From the NCBI GenBank assembly GCA_951406725.2, contig OX597822.1, positions 32,302,001-32,366,000 of the forward strand: a stretch of 64,000 nt of DNA. The letters run 5' to 3'. Position numbers and translations under genes: made by a program. This DNA is from Octopus vulgaris. Lineage: Eukaryota. Below are positions 1 to 13,832 of this stretch, piece after piece. How positions within the stretch are numbered: position 1 is the stretch's first letter; every line of letters begins with the position of its first letter. Under the pieces are notes generated by a model. It saw only the letters and a list, made by a program, of their open reading frames with translations, was not told where the DNA came from and did no database searches.

Positions 1-460
1 TGTAAACGTCTGAACCACTCGTACACTTGTGTGCGGCACATACACTCATTTCCATACAGTTTCTGTAAATTCATATTGGCCTTTAAGCAGTTATGACCAA
101 GACAACTTCCTCTATCATAGACGGTGCAAAGATTACACGCTGCAGACTTACCTTCCAAGCGGTGCTGTAAACAACAGAAGAGAGCTTGAACTTTAAAAAC
201 TTAGTGCCCATGCAGAGCGGAGGTCAGGGTCAATTGTTGCCAAGCCGCTTTACAACACGTGCTTTAATTCGTTACTCTAGCAACATTTATATATACACAC
301 ACATATGCACATACATAGATACCTATATACGTACACACGCAAATGTGTATATATATGTATCTGTATCTATCTATCTATCTACACATACACACGCATATTT
401 ATATTTATATATATATATATATATAAACACGCACGCACACACACATATAGATATACACAG

Positions 461-690
461 GGCTGCGAGCTGGCAGAAGTGTTACCACCCCGGCCGAAAT
501 GCTTAGCGGTATTTCGTCTGCCTTTACGTTCTGGGTTCAAATTCCGACGAGGTCGACTTTGCCTTTCATCCTTTCGGAGTCGATGAATTACATACCAGTT
601 ACGCCCTGGGGTCGATATAATCGACTTAATCCTTTGTCTGTCCTTGTTTATCACCTCTATGCTTAGCCCCTTGTGGGCAATAAAGAAATA
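461..690 (+). mobile_element. tRNA-derived SINE, family A
   Basis: A-box/B-box-like head (GAGCTGGCAGAA...GGTTCAAATTCC), central GCCTTTCATCCTTTCGG.GTCGAT block, tail ...AAAGAAATA; recurs at 6.5-7.3k, 25.9k, 28.4k, 33.8k, 50.4k. Confidence 0.85.
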
Positions 691-711
691 ACATACTCAC
701 ATATATGTATC

Positions 712-780
<69 letters not shown>

Positions 781-1340
781 GTAGACTCTTATGTAAAGAG
801 AAATGCATATAAACCCATGGATTTACCTTTTTATAATTGTGCACCCATTTTTGCACAGCTTCATGTACATGAATATATAATCGTCAACATATGTGGGTAC
901 AGGTGCTAATGAACGAAGTTTATATAGATAGATATCGTGCTACACATATATATTTGCATAAGTATCTGTGAGCATAAACATTCATACAAATTATACAAGT
1001 ATCCATTTTCATTCCTCTTTGCAAATAAGTGATGTTCCTTGTATGTGATTCTTGTGAAGACTTCGAAAGAAATTTGTACGTATATTCCTACGTGTGTTAA
1101 TATGTATATATCTATAAAATGCATTTTCTTTCCAAGCAGTTAATTAAAATGCAGTCAATTCGCTTTTAGATAACACGAGGCTTCATGCTGGAGGCATCTT
1201 AAACTATACCAGATAATGAGACCTCAGAAATACACTTAGTTTAGTATAATCCATTTCCAGAAATAGAGGATATACACAAGTATTTATACACACAGGCATT
1301 AGCGTACATGTATGTATATACATGTACACCACACATACAT

Positions 1341-1402
<62 letters not shown>

Positions 1403-1486
1403 ATTCCTATGTATGGACACACATACACACCTATATATATATAGGTGTGTGTGTGTGTGTGTGCACACATACATGACACACACATG

Positions 1487-1523
<37 letters not shown>

Positions 1524-1877
1524 GCATGTATACACACACACATATATATATACACACACATATATATAAATATATACATATATATAGGCATAAGTATATA
1601 TTTACAGCAATGTGTGTGTACTATATGCATGTGTGTGCGAGAATTGTTTGTGTGTGTTTGTTTGCGTGTTTGTCAGTGAGCAAATGTCGGTATGTACGTA
1701 CAATCACATTTATTCATATATTTTCAACAAAATTGATGCACAATACGAATGCAGAAACTCTTTATTCAATCCCTGGTAGTATTTGGAACGAGATGTATGT
1801 GATGAGTGGCTATCGTTCTTCATGGAACGTTTTCGTGAAGTCTCTTATACATCTTTGCCCGCCCCATTTTTCATGCA

Positions 1878-1956
<79 letters not shown>

Positions 1957-1990
1957 CTATCTATATATCTATCTATCTATCTATCTATCT

Positions 1991-2912
1991 AGACACGCGC
2001 TGAGACTGCGACATCTCTGGCTCTATGTAGGCGACGGTGAACAGGTGTGGTCGCCGTTTGTGAGGCACGCTTTCCCGCAGCTCGTCTCCATGACCGAACT
2101 GCAGTCGTGGATCAAAAAGAGGCCGAGGAAGGGCGAATGGCACCGCGAGTGTCGCGTTGCTCTCAAGCAACTCTGCCGTCCTGGGTCGACCTTAAGTGAC
2201 TTCAACACAACCAAAGCATTCTATAGGGGTTTAGTGGAGGGAGGTACGACGACGAGCTCGGGGCGAACCTGGACGTCGACGAGGAGTACCTGACCCGCCT
2301 GTTCAGGACGACTTTCGGGCCAGGGCCCATGGACAACTTCCAGAGATCCCTGGCCTGGCAGTGCTACCGAGAAGCGCTACCCGTTCGGGATAAGCTCTAC
2401 AGATACGGCTCGAGAAACACGGGGCCGACCTGCCCGAGATGAGGTCAGAGCGACGAAACCGTTCTGCACGCACTCGTGCAGTGTCCAACAATTTCCGACC
2501 TGTGGGCTTATGTCGAACAACTGCTGTCACGTGTGGGACGAGTCGGTTTATCAGCTGAGTCTATCGTCAATATTGTCACGCCTCCTTCCTTCAAACGGGA
2601 AGGAAGAGCTATTTTCATCATCCTTGTGGCTATGGCGAAAGAATGTATCTGGTGGACGCGTCTGAAAGGATTGGAGACAAACACTTTCCTCTCTGGTCAA
2701 TCTCTCATCAACTTCTTCAAGTACCACTTGAAAAGGAAAGTGAGAGTAGAGAGGCAAGTTTTGTCTAGCGAATGTTTTAAAAAAAGATGGGTGAATGTAG
2801 CAAGAATGGCACGTATGAATGACGAAGCCACCTTGAGCATGATCCTATGAACCCAGAAATTGAAAACAGAGAGTTGCTTATTCGCAAAGAAAAAAAAAAA
2901 AAAAAAAAAAAA
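1991..2912 (+). mobile_element. 5'-truncated L1/Tx1-type LINE, 3' end (zf-RVT region) with poly(A) tail
   Basis: GC-rich segment; frameshifted translation ...TTKAFYRGLV...LAWQCYREALPVRDKL...TCPR*GQSDETVLHALVQCPTISDLW (CCHC zf-RVT); stop at 2850; poly(A) ~2886-2912; begins in (TATC)n. Confidence 0.8.
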
Positions 2913-3080
2913 CTTTATAACATGTTTTTTTTATTCTCTCAGCTTATTTCTGTGTTCCTTTCTGTCGAAGAGCGTAGGCTGGAAACGTTAAAGACTTTCT
3001 CACTTTCCGGACATTAAAACCAATGCATCTGTTTCTTCGTCTTTTGTTGTTTTTTTTTTTTTTTGTAAATTCTAACTATA
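2913..3080 (+). mobile_element. ~200 bp hammerhead-bearing repeat (putative Penelope pLTR derivative), copy 1
   Basis: CTTT-CTGTCGA-A-GAGC-GTAG-GCTG-GAAACGTT-AAAG at 2958-2993; homologous to copies at 16.0k, 37.1k, 47.6k, 61.0k. Confidence 0.7.
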
Positions 3081-3107
3081 TATGTATATGTATATGTATA
3101 GATGTGA

Positions 3108-3443
3108 AGGCGCATGGCTCAGTGGTTAGAAGGTCGAGCTTACAATTGTGTGGTTGTGAGTTCCATTCCCGGACCGGGCTGCGTGTTCTGTTCTTGAGCA
3201 AGACACTTTATTTCACGTTGATCCCTTTAACTCAGCTCTAGAAATGAGTTGCGACATCACTGTTGCCAAACTGTATCGGCTTTTGCCCTTCCTTAGGATA
3301 ACATCAATGGTGTGGATAGGTGAGGCTGGTATTAATGGGCGACTGCTGGCCTTCCCCCAACAACCTTGTCCGGACTTGTGCCTGGGAGGATAACTTTCTA
3401 GGTGTAATCCCATGGTCATTCATGACCGAAGGGGGTCTCCCAT
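3108..3443 (+). mobile_element. tRNA-derived SINE, family C
   Basis: Head GGCGCATGGCTCAGTGGTTAGA (A box) and GAGTTCCATTCCC (B box) followed by a non-tRNA body; flanked by microsatellites. Confidence 0.7.
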
Positions 3444-3557
3444 GAATATATATATATAAATAGAGTTTAACGCAGGTATTAACAAGGGAAAAATACACTC
3501 ACACACACACATACACATACACACACACATATATATATACATACACACAGATATATA

Positions 3558-3600
<43 letters not shown>

Positions 3601-3712
3601 TTATAGAAGGAGCTTCTACAGGACTAGAACTGTTTCATTCAAATAAATTAATTTACTCTGCTATGTATTGAGTACCTTATTTACTGTGGTTAACCCGACT
3701 CAACCCGGGACC

Positions 3713-3790
<78 letters not shown>

Positions 3791-3989
3791 AACACACACA
3801 TATGTATATGACCGAATTTTCGTTGCTAGAATCAACATGGCACTTCACTTGTTTAACATGTCTGCTTCTTGCAGTTATTCACCTCGTGAGAGCGTTTTTT
3901 TCTTTTTGCTTTAGCTTGTTTTAAAAAGCTAATTAATCAATAAAAACACATCAGAAACAGTTATAGTGAACCAGAATTGATATATATAG

Positions 3990-4030
<41 letters not shown>

Positions 4031-4445
4031 GCGCAGGAGTGGCTGTGTGGTAAGTAGCTTGCTTACCAACCACATGGTTCTGGGTTCAGTCTCACTGCGT
4101 GGCATCTTGGGCAAGTGTCTTCTGCTATAGCCCCGGGCCGACCAATGCCTTGTGAGTGGATTTGGTTGACGGAAACTGAAAGAAGCCTGTCGTATATATG
4201 TATATATATGTATATGTATGTGTGTGTATATGTTTGTGTGTCTGTGTTTGTCCCGCTAGCATTGCTTGACAACCGATGCCGGTGTGTTTATATGTCCCCG
4301 TAACTTAGCGGTTCGGCAAATGAGACCGATAGAATAAGTACTGGGCTTACAAAGAATAAGTCCCGGGATCGATCTGCTCGACTAAAGGCGGTGCTCGAGC
4401 ATGGCCGCAGTCAAATGACTGAAACAAGTAAAAGAGAGTAAAGAG

Positions 4446-4446
<1 letters not shown>
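4031..4446 (+). mobile_element. tRNA-derived SINE, family B (internal TA/TG microsatellite, LINE-like tail)
   Basis: GCGCAGGAGTGGCTGTGTGGTAAG...GGTTCAGTC head; tail GGCGGTGCT..AGCATGGCCGCAGTCAAATGACTGAAACAAGTAAAAGAG; about 10 copies in the window. Confidence 0.88.
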
Positions 4447-4473
<27 letters not shown>

Positions 4474-4476
<3 letters not shown>

Positions 4477-5290
4477 GGTGCCATGGGTACATTTTCTCCA
4501 TTTTACACTCTTAATTTCGCATATGTGCATTTCTATTTTATTTTGTCGACTACATAGTACAGTAGTGTCGGTTGGGTTCCGTCTGTGAGAAAAAGAGCAT
4601 CTTGACGCAATTCGCTCTGCGAAAAATTTGGAAACGACATGCTGTACTGCTTGGCACTCGCGACGGAAACTCCAACACAAATATTTCAGAGCGTGAGTGT
4701 CCAAATGTTGACGTGCCCTGTGTCCAAAATAAGTACAGTGAGTGATAAATATCAACCATCCAATTAACATCATGGTGTCTGGAGTTATCACTAGTGAAGG
4801 CGCCGTTATGCTTCCATTCATCTTTCAACACGTAAGTCTACATAAAATTCCTGTTGGAAGTAGTGTTGCCCTGGGTCAAGAGTGTGGCTGCTGGAAGACC
4901 TTATGTCTGACTAAAGGAGACCCTGCACCATGCCACACAAGCAGGAGAATCCAGTCGCAAGAGAGCCAATTTCTGCGACTACATCACCCCTAACATCTGG
5001 TCACATAACTATACAGACTCCTACAACCTCGATTATCATGTCTGGAGGACAGTTCAGTGACAGAACAACAAAACTTCTTATAACACTAAAGATGCACTGA
5101 AGACAAGGATTATGGCGGTATTCACCAACTTGAAGCTGAAGACCGTTCAGAAGAGTTGCAGGAGATTCCGAAATCATCTGCAGGCCCAGAAGCTAATGTC
5201 TATTTTATTCAATAAATTTATTCTTTTGTATTTCAAGATATTTTTATGTAATTTTGGTAAATATATTTGTTAAAATGCGATGTCAGTGAC
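4474..5290 (+). mobile_element. Degraded, internally deleted Tc1/mariner (maT/DD37D-like) transposon
   Basis: Translated remnants HPINIMVSGVITSEGAVMLPFIF, DPAPCHTSRRIQS and a decayed WPPNSPD.NPLDY.VW-like motif near 4997-5045; begins after (TA)n; right TIR not found. Confidence 0.7.
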
Positions 5291-5518
5291 TAAGGGGGAG
5301 AGAGAGAGAGAGACAGACAGAGATGAAATTATATGATTCCTGTATTATTTATCGACAACGCAAGATGGAATATAATGTTGACACTCGCTTTGTTTGATCT
5401 ATGACAGCCGGAAGTATTGCTGCAAATCAATCTTTCCGACGGTCCAAGGACATTGCCACTTGACCGCTTATGTTCACGTGTGTTTGTATGTTTGGTAATA
5501 GGAACAAGAAACTGAACA

Positions 5519-5666
<148 letters not shown>

Positions 5667-5712
5667 TACATACATATTACTATATATGTATAAACAAATG
5701 AATAATTAAATA

Positions 5713-5775
<63 letters not shown>

Positions 5776-6539
5776 ATATACATATGTCCGTACTAACTTT
5801 ACGTACATTTATACGCCCACACAAACAAACGTTATATAGCTACTTCTATGGCATCCACAGCTGCTATCTGTGAAAAATTGATAACTTACAACTATGATTA
5901 CTGATTATTTTCACAAAATACATTTAGGCATTCGTTTGAAAGATGTCTATTCAAGATACCATATGAGCTGGTTCTATGTTAATTATTCATTTTCGGCTCC
6001 TCAGTTTAAAATACAAGACCACTATTCTATACTTAATGTATGCGATTTCTATAATCCTGCTTAAAATATTAACAGTACTGAATATGTCTTATATTTTCCA
6101 ATTTTTTTTTCTTTGACACTGCTCTATTTTGAAGAATAAGTAAACATTGGTACTTTGCTGACAGTATCATTAGCTTAGCGGTAAATTGTCCGTCTTAACG
6201 CCAACTTTACCTTTCACCCATTCACGGTCGATAAAATTCTTCCCATTCTTTTTCTTGTTCTACTTCTTTACACCGAACAATGTGCCTAGTGTTTTTTCCG
6301 TCTTTATGTTCTGAGTTCAAATACCGCCGAGGTAAACTCGTCTTTCACTGTTTCGGGGTCGATAAGATAAATTCTAGTTGAGCGCTGCGGACGACGTAAT
6401 TAAGAATCACCCTTCCCCTAAATTGCTGGCGTAGTGCCAAATTGTGACACACTCACGCTCCTCCTCCTTCACACCATCATGATCATCATCATCATTATTA
6501 TACGAAATTTTAAAACTCGATTTCCTTATACATGTCATA

Positions 6540-7278
6540 TTCTTTTCTACTTTAGGCACAATGCCCGACATTTTGCGGGGCAGGGGGCCAGTCGATTAGA
6601 TAGACGCCAGTACGCAACTGGTACTTAATTTATCCACCCCGAAAGGAATTTGAACTCAGAACGTAAAGGCAGACGAAATACCTATTTCTTTACTACCCAC
6701 CAGGGGCCAAACACAGAGAGAAAAAAACAAGGACAGTCAAACGGATTAAGTCGATTACATTGATCCCAGTGCGTTGCGGCAGACGAAATACTGCTAAGCA
6801 TTTTGCCCGGCGTGCTAACGTTTCTGCCAGCTCGCCACCTTCTTTAAAATAAACGAAATACATATTTCTTTACTACCTAGAAGGAGCTAAACACGGAGAG
6901 GACAAAGAAGGACAGACAAACGAATTAAGTCGATTATATCGACACCAGGGCGTAACTGGTACTAATTTATCGACCCCGAAAGGATGAAAAGCCAAGTCGA
7001 CCTCGGCGGAATTTGAACTCAGAACATAACGGCAGACGAAATACCTATTTCTTTACTACCCACAAGGGGCTAAACACAGAGAGAACAAACAAGGTCAGAC
7101 AAACGGATTAAGTCGATTACATCGACTTCCAGGGCGTAACTGGTACTAATCTATCGACCCCGAACGGGTGAAAAGCCAAGTCGACCTCGGCGGAATTTGA
7201 ACTCAGAACGTAACGGCAGACGAAATACTGCTAAGCATTTCGCCCGGTGTGCTAACGATTCTGCCAGCTCACAGCCTT
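6540..7278 (-). mobile_element. SINE family A with head-to-tail reiteration of an internal ~180 bp unit
   Basis: Block TATTTCTTTACTACC...GGACAG...AAACGGATTAAGTCGATTA recurs near 6683, 6863 and 7046; tRNA-like heads near 6840 and 7275. Confidence 0.85.
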
Positions 7279-7311
<33 letters not shown>

Positions 7312-8719
7312 TATAATAATCTCTTTGAAATTTCATTTCACTAATATAATAATGGTTTCTTTTAAGGAGAATAATAATACCAAGATTAATGATAATTATG
7401 ATTGATATATTATTATTACACGAGATAGCTTTTGATATAGGAATCACTTGTTTTGTTTTTCGCTGAGTTACTATTTTTTCAGTTACTCTTCTTAATTTAA
7501 GTATTCGCAATCTAAGCATGTTTATATATAGGACGTTCCTCCAATTACTTATAATGCCTAATCTTATTAAGTTCTTTGCTTTCGGCCTAATATATAAGTA
7601 AATTTAATTATGTTTTAGTTATAGCTTATCGGGTATTGGATGACTTTTTCTTTTCTTGTTATCTTATTTGAAACCATGAGAGCTATCAAATGAGATATTT
7701 GAATACGCAGTTAATTATACACCAACAGTCAAAGAAAAATATTTGTAATAATATTAATTCCTTCTATTAAAGTGAAAAAAAAAGGCCTGAAATTTAGTAG
7801 AGGGGAATAGTAGATGGCATCGACACCAATAATCAAGAACCACCTATCTGTTTTGGATCCGAAACGGTATTTGAACCAACAACGAAAAAAAACCCTTCAG
7901 AAATGCTGCTGAATGTTTTGCCAGACGCGTTAACGACGCTCATTTTACCGTCTTTCAGGGTAAAAAGTTAAGAACAGCAAGAATGCGAGGTAAAATTAGA
8001 TTTTGTAGAAGCACCTCTGCAATGCTGTTTGTTTTATATTCAGAACTGAAAATCCCTGCACATACGCGCAAACACATTACTATGACCCTTGAGGGGAGTA
8101 TGAACGTTCGAACTTTAGTTACTTTCTTTGTTCTTCTGTATATTGTATTGATTACATTTGCCTAATACTTAGGTATAATACCAGACACTTAGTATGTATT
8201 TCCCACTCATGCGATACGATTATCTGATTATTAAAGTACAATATTTTGTATTGTATCGGATACTGATTTCCCTTGGCTTAAAATTATGAGTAGATCTTAC
8301 ATCATTTATTTAAATTTTTCTGGATACAGAACAAGCTTAGAATTATATACTTATACTAATATCAGATGCTAAGTCGAGGAAAAGACAAAATGGAAATTCC
8401 GTCGTATTCGTGCTTTTCTATTTAATTCATTTCATAAATGATTTACATTTTAAACACAAAAATATACATTTGTTAAAAAAAATGTTTAACCTACAAGAAA
8501 AGGTTTCCAGTAACGCATACACACACGCACATACACGCACATACACGCACACACAGCGCACATACAGAGCTCACACACAAACACACACATACACAAATTT
8601 CAGGTAAATCCTCATGTATGACATAAATCAATTAGAAATTCACCTATTTGGATTACCTTCATAATGTTACGTTTACATAAATTTTCGTACATATTATTAA
8701 TAACGTTATAACATGCATG

Positions 8720-8759
<40 letters not shown>

Positions 8760-8795
8760 CATATATACATATATATATACATACATATATATATA

Positions 8796-8863
<68 letters not shown>

Positions 8864-8868
8864 CATAT

Positions 8869-9636
8869 CCCAGAGCCTAAGTCTGTGAGAGACTGGGTAT
8901 CGACATGAGTGATGATACCTCTTTCCAAGTGCACATTACCAGGATGCCGACAAAGTGCAGACGACTGGTTCGGTGGATCCTAAGAACATTCCGAACCAGA
9001 TACAAAGAAAACCATGATGGTCCTCTGGCGGACATTCGTCCTCAGCCGCCTGGATTGCTGCTCACAGCTATGGTCACCCACCAGTGTAAAATTAACAGCG
9101 GACCTTGAAGCAATCCAGAGAAGATTCACAAAGAAGATCGTCTCTTTGCAACAGCTCAGCTACTGGGAAAGGTTGAAACAGCTAAGACTCTACTCCCTGG
9201 AGAGAAGACGGGAGAGGTATGCAGTAATATATGTCTGGAAGATCCTGGAAGGAATTTGCCAAATTTTGGCATTGTAAGCTACACCAATGGTAGAACGGGA
9301 CGACACTGCATAGTGACAAAGATCCCAGCAATGCCATCACGCTTCAGGACCAGCTTCTGCAACAGCCTGGGTTTCAAGGGCCCACAGCTTTTTAATATTT
9401 TCCCAAAGAGTGTGAGGAATTGCACAAAGTAGATGTAGCGGTTTTTAAATCAAAGCTGGACATCTTCCTGTCGAGAGTCCCAGATGAACCTACCTCACGG
9501 CAAGAGGTGCAAATGAGAATAGCTATATCAAACTCCATTCTTCACCAAGTGCCACATGTTAGACGAGGTTCGTCGTAATAACAGTGTAGCACAAAACGGC
9601 GGTGCATCAGCATGGCCTCAGCTCTGAGCTGAAACT

Positions 9637-9640
<4 letters not shown>
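8869..9640 (+). mobile_element. 5'-truncated CR1-type LINE, RT C-terminus and 3' UTR
   Basis: KSVRD.G..MSDD.SF..HI...WILRTF...LWRTFVLSRLDCCSQLWSP...LEAIQRRFTK...LSYWERLKQLRLYSLERRRER; frameshifts present. Confidence 0.88.
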
Positions 9641-9704
<64 letters not shown>

Positions 9705-9708
9705 TACA

Positions 9709-10295
9709 TGGGAACTAAAAGAAAAGGAAACCCCACCTTTCAACGTGACATGGAGCATTCTGGACAGAGCGGCACCATACAGCCATGGAGCACACAAGAA
9801 TAATTTTAAATGCAACCTTTGCCTGTTAGAGAAACTTTATATTTCATTCAAAGACAATGATTCTTTGAATCAAAGAAGTGAGCTGATGAACTTATGCAGG
9901 CACGCAACCAAATTTAAAATGTCAAACATAAATATGCCATATAGATAGAGTATATATTTTGTCTTTTTGTATTTTTGAGTTTTGAAACTTTGATTTTGAT
10001 TCTTGGACTAGTATGTAAACGCAACGATGGATTTGTTTCGCACTATGCAGATTTCATTCCGTATAGCAAAGTCTCATGCATATATTTTGTTTATTTTGTT
10101 TATATTTCTACATATTCCTTAGGAAAAACCTTCGGCTTACTTTATTTCATGTTATTATATTGTATAGGCTTACTTTGATTTTTAATTTACAGATGATCCG
10201 AAATAGGGTGTTATATTTTACACGCCTTTCGTATAATTTTCATTATTACACTCTCCACTTTTTTAAAAGCAAAGTTGTCAAAAATTAGAATTTTG
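9709..10295 (+). mobile_element. Penelope-like element 3' end (C-terminus of GIY-YIG region) and pLTR
   Basis: ORF 9745-9948 WSILDRAAPY...KCNLCLLEKLYI...LNQRSELMNLCRHATKF matches the CxLCLxEK...LNKRSE...CRH tail of PLE GIY-YIG endonucleases. Confidence 0.75.
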
Positions 10296-10983
10296 ATGTA
10301 AATATGTGTATAGCCACGAATATGTATTTGTAAGCATACGTCTGTGTATGTGTAAGTGAGTGTATGTTTGTACTTAAGCACACACATACACAATCGTATG
10401 TGTATGTATCCACTTGAACTCTTGTGTTTGTATACTTGTCTCTATATATATGTGTCAATATACGTGGTTACACAGCTTGTATACATAATTTTTCTTATTT
10501 CGTTTTTCCCCACCCCTCCTTTTTTCTTCTTTTTTTCCTTCCCCCTTTTTCTGTTTTCTCTCTCTTCCTTTCTTTCGTTTTTTTCTCTACCTATACGATA
10601 CTTGTATAGTGTCATGCAACTTTACGTCCCCCTCCCTTTCTTATGTCTTAAACTTTGCTTCGTAAATAAGAACGCTACTTCCCATCCATGATTTTAGCTT
10701 GCGTGCGAACTAGATTGCATATACATATGTATACATGCATTTGTGCGTATATTTTAGCTTTATATTTATACGTCTGTATATGTATGTGGATTGCACGCAT
10801 CTATTTGTGTATGTTGATATATATGTATACTTTAATATAATTATGTATTGCCGTTGTAATATTTTTAATGCATTTTAACATTTTAATTTCAAATTCCATG
10901 TAATAATTATATTTCCTTCATTCAGGTCAATATGTATTTTATTCAATGTAAGGTTTTTCCTCGAATGTTAGTTTTTATTTTTA

Positions 10984-11039
<56 letters not shown>

Positions 11040-11172
11040 AGCTCATTTTTGTTTATCTCTCGAAGCTTGACCGTTATTTCTAAAGGGCCAATCAAACAAG
11101 TCCATTTTTTAAAGGTGTATCGTTTGTAATAGTCTGGATAGAAGTGACATATCGGTTCCATTCTAGCAAAAA

Positions 11173-11211
11173 CCGTCCGGTGAACGGCAACGGGAAACTC
11201 AGAGTAACAGG
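11173..11211 (+). ncRNA. Degenerate type I hammerhead-like motif
   Basis: CCGT-CCGGTGA-ACGGCAACGG-GAA-ACTC-A-GAGT-A-ACAGG; two mismatches to the CTGATGA core; in a ~200 bp island between (TA)n tracts. Confidence 0.4.
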
Positions 11212-11259
11212 TTTTGTTGAATTTTCTGCTGCTTTAAATAAAGTATATATATATGTGTA

Positions 11260-11330
<71 letters not shown>

Positions 11331-11463
11331 GTATACAGAGAGAGAGAGAGAGAGAGAGAGAGCAAGTCACAAACTGTCTGCTTACACCTGCGTGTGTCTA
11401 CGTGAACCCATGAGTGCAGGCTTATAACAATACAGATATGTGTGTGTGTATACACCCACAAAT

Positions 11464-11499
<36 letters not shown>

Positions 11500-12325
11500 G
11501 TAAGTATAAGATCGTTATTTTAAATAGTGATCAAATCAAGTAGCAGCATATATATATGTAGCTGTTGTGGGCATGTTATGTAGGTTTTGTTTCCCTGTGT
11601 ACTGTAAGTTTGCCTATATAAACATATTGTAAATTACTAGAGAGTAAAAAAGGGAGAGATAATAATGTGCAGTATTTCACGAAACATAAAATTACTGGTC
11701 TCATTGCAATTTTACTGGCGAAAAGATAATACATGGATAGAGCAGCGGAAATTTTGAAATCGATCATAAACTATAGAGATAAATGAAATTTACTTTAATT
11801 TAGTGATTGACTTTTTCAGGCAATGTTTCTGAAACTCTACAAGGAATAACGGAATAACGATAACATTCAAATATCTATTAGAATAAAAAGACCAACGAAT
11901 TTTATTGGTTTTATAAAACGGATGAGATGCAAGAGATATAAAGTTTGAAATGTGTCCTGAGTAAGATAAGCGCATCAACCCATTCGATTTTTTGTATGGA
12001 GTGTTTTCTGGCATTTGTACTACACTGGCTCTCGGGAAATACATGTAGAGCAAAACTTTATTTGGCATAAATGGGATTTTCAAACTCTGTGAGTATAATT
12101 ACCTAATCAGTGGAGTGGGAATAAGTTTTTTTATATTTTTACCTATAAGTATAAAGTCATGCGATCATATATACAGTTCTATACGTTCAGCTACCTATAC
12201 ACGTTCACACGCAAATATACACAGTCAAACTCACACGCATATTCTGGTGTGTATAAATAAATGAACAGATAAATATATGCGAATTGTAGTAAAAGGTACA
12301 GACAAATTTATAGTTTTAGCATGCA

Positions 12326-12357
<32 letters not shown>

Positions 12358-12367
12358 ATATATATAT

Positions 12368-12444
<77 letters not shown>

Positions 12445-12510
12445 CATTCATGTATATACATATACACATTTACATATGTATATATAAATAAATATTTATG
12501 TGTATATATA

Positions 12511-13000
12511 TCTATTATATAAATTCCGTTCTGTCTGTCTGTCTGTCTGTGTATCTTCTAGAATCTCTGGCATCCTCCATCCGATTTCGCTCACATTTGA
12601 TATGTAGATACCGACGGTATTAGGGCGTGTAGATGTCTTGAAAGAAATTACAAAAATCGATTCCGTGTGAGAATGTAATCGATAAAGCCGTGAGAATGTG
12701 TATTTGTACGCGCAAGTACATCAGCTGTTGCAATCGATACTACGCGTACGCGAGAAAAATGTACGTGCAGTTTGCGCAAAAAAGCCAGCTGGCTTGAAAT
12801 AATGCCACAAAATGCAGTATATTTACTTTTCATCAAAAATCGCCCAAAGTTGATTTGTTACAAAGTTTTATCGGATATACTTATTATTGTCCCAGGTACG
12901 TTCTCATAAATTGATCATGCTTTTCCATCTAAATTTAACTCCAGTTAACACATTTGCATGCATTTTTTTTGTCCTGCTTTTCTTCCATCAACCCGTACAT
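12511..13000 (+). mobile_element. Possible non-autonomous Helitron/Helentron-like element
   Basis: Starts TCTATTATATAAA, then (CTGT)n and CCGATTTCGCTCA.ATTTG, resembling the 5' region of DINE-1/Lep1-like elements; 3' end undefined. Confidence 0.4.
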
Positions 13001-13362
13001 AACTGCACCTTCCATTTTTCTCTTGTTTTTGTACTGCTTAAAGGCACGTTTCTTTCCTGCCAAGCTTACTGTTTAAGCCATGTTTGTGTTCTCCAAGCAC
13101 CAGCCTTGTCATTACTAGTACTTTAAACTTTTCATTACTAGTACGTTAAACTCTGCTTTGTGTGAATAAAATCGTTTTTCTTTGGAATAGAAAGAAGTCT
13201 ATCATCTTTATCTTATGTTTAGCTGGTGTCTCAAATTTCGGTTAAATCAGTGTTTCTCAAGGGGGAGGCTAATGAGACGGTCGGACAAGTTGTTTTGAGA
13301 AAATTTAGTTTCAATGTTTGACAACTCAGCACCGTCCATTGGACGTGGGGCGTTTTGCTCGT

Positions 13363-13420
<58 letters not shown>

Positions 13421-13781
13421 GTATGTATATGCACATACATACATAACTACACACGCGCACGTGCAAGATCGATGGAAGGTTTTGAGCGATAGCAGACTGT
13501 GAGCACATACGTGTACATTTATGTGCCTTTCATACAGTTTTAGAGAATTTAGCTCTTATTTCTAGCAATGGAACCCACGTCCCATCACGTTGAGGTCTGC
13601 GCTGCAAATGATTTGTTTTGCTCCGAAACTTAGCAGCCAACAGCGAGAAAATAATTTCAATAGTTCAGGAGAAAATATTTGCGAAGATTTTATTGACTCT
13701 ATTATTATTATTATCATTATTATTATTTAGTGTAGCAATTAAAAAAAACAATATCAACAATATATATATAAAAACACTCAG

Positions 13782-13832
<51 letters not shown>

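Noticed and set aside
461-560. tRNA genes at SINE heads (also 3108, 4031)
   Set aside because: A/B boxes are present but there is no complete cloverleaf, and each continues into a repeated SINE body.
11810-11970. Possible host exon after TTTTTCAG
   Set aside because: All three frames hit stops within ~12 codons; no recognisable protein.
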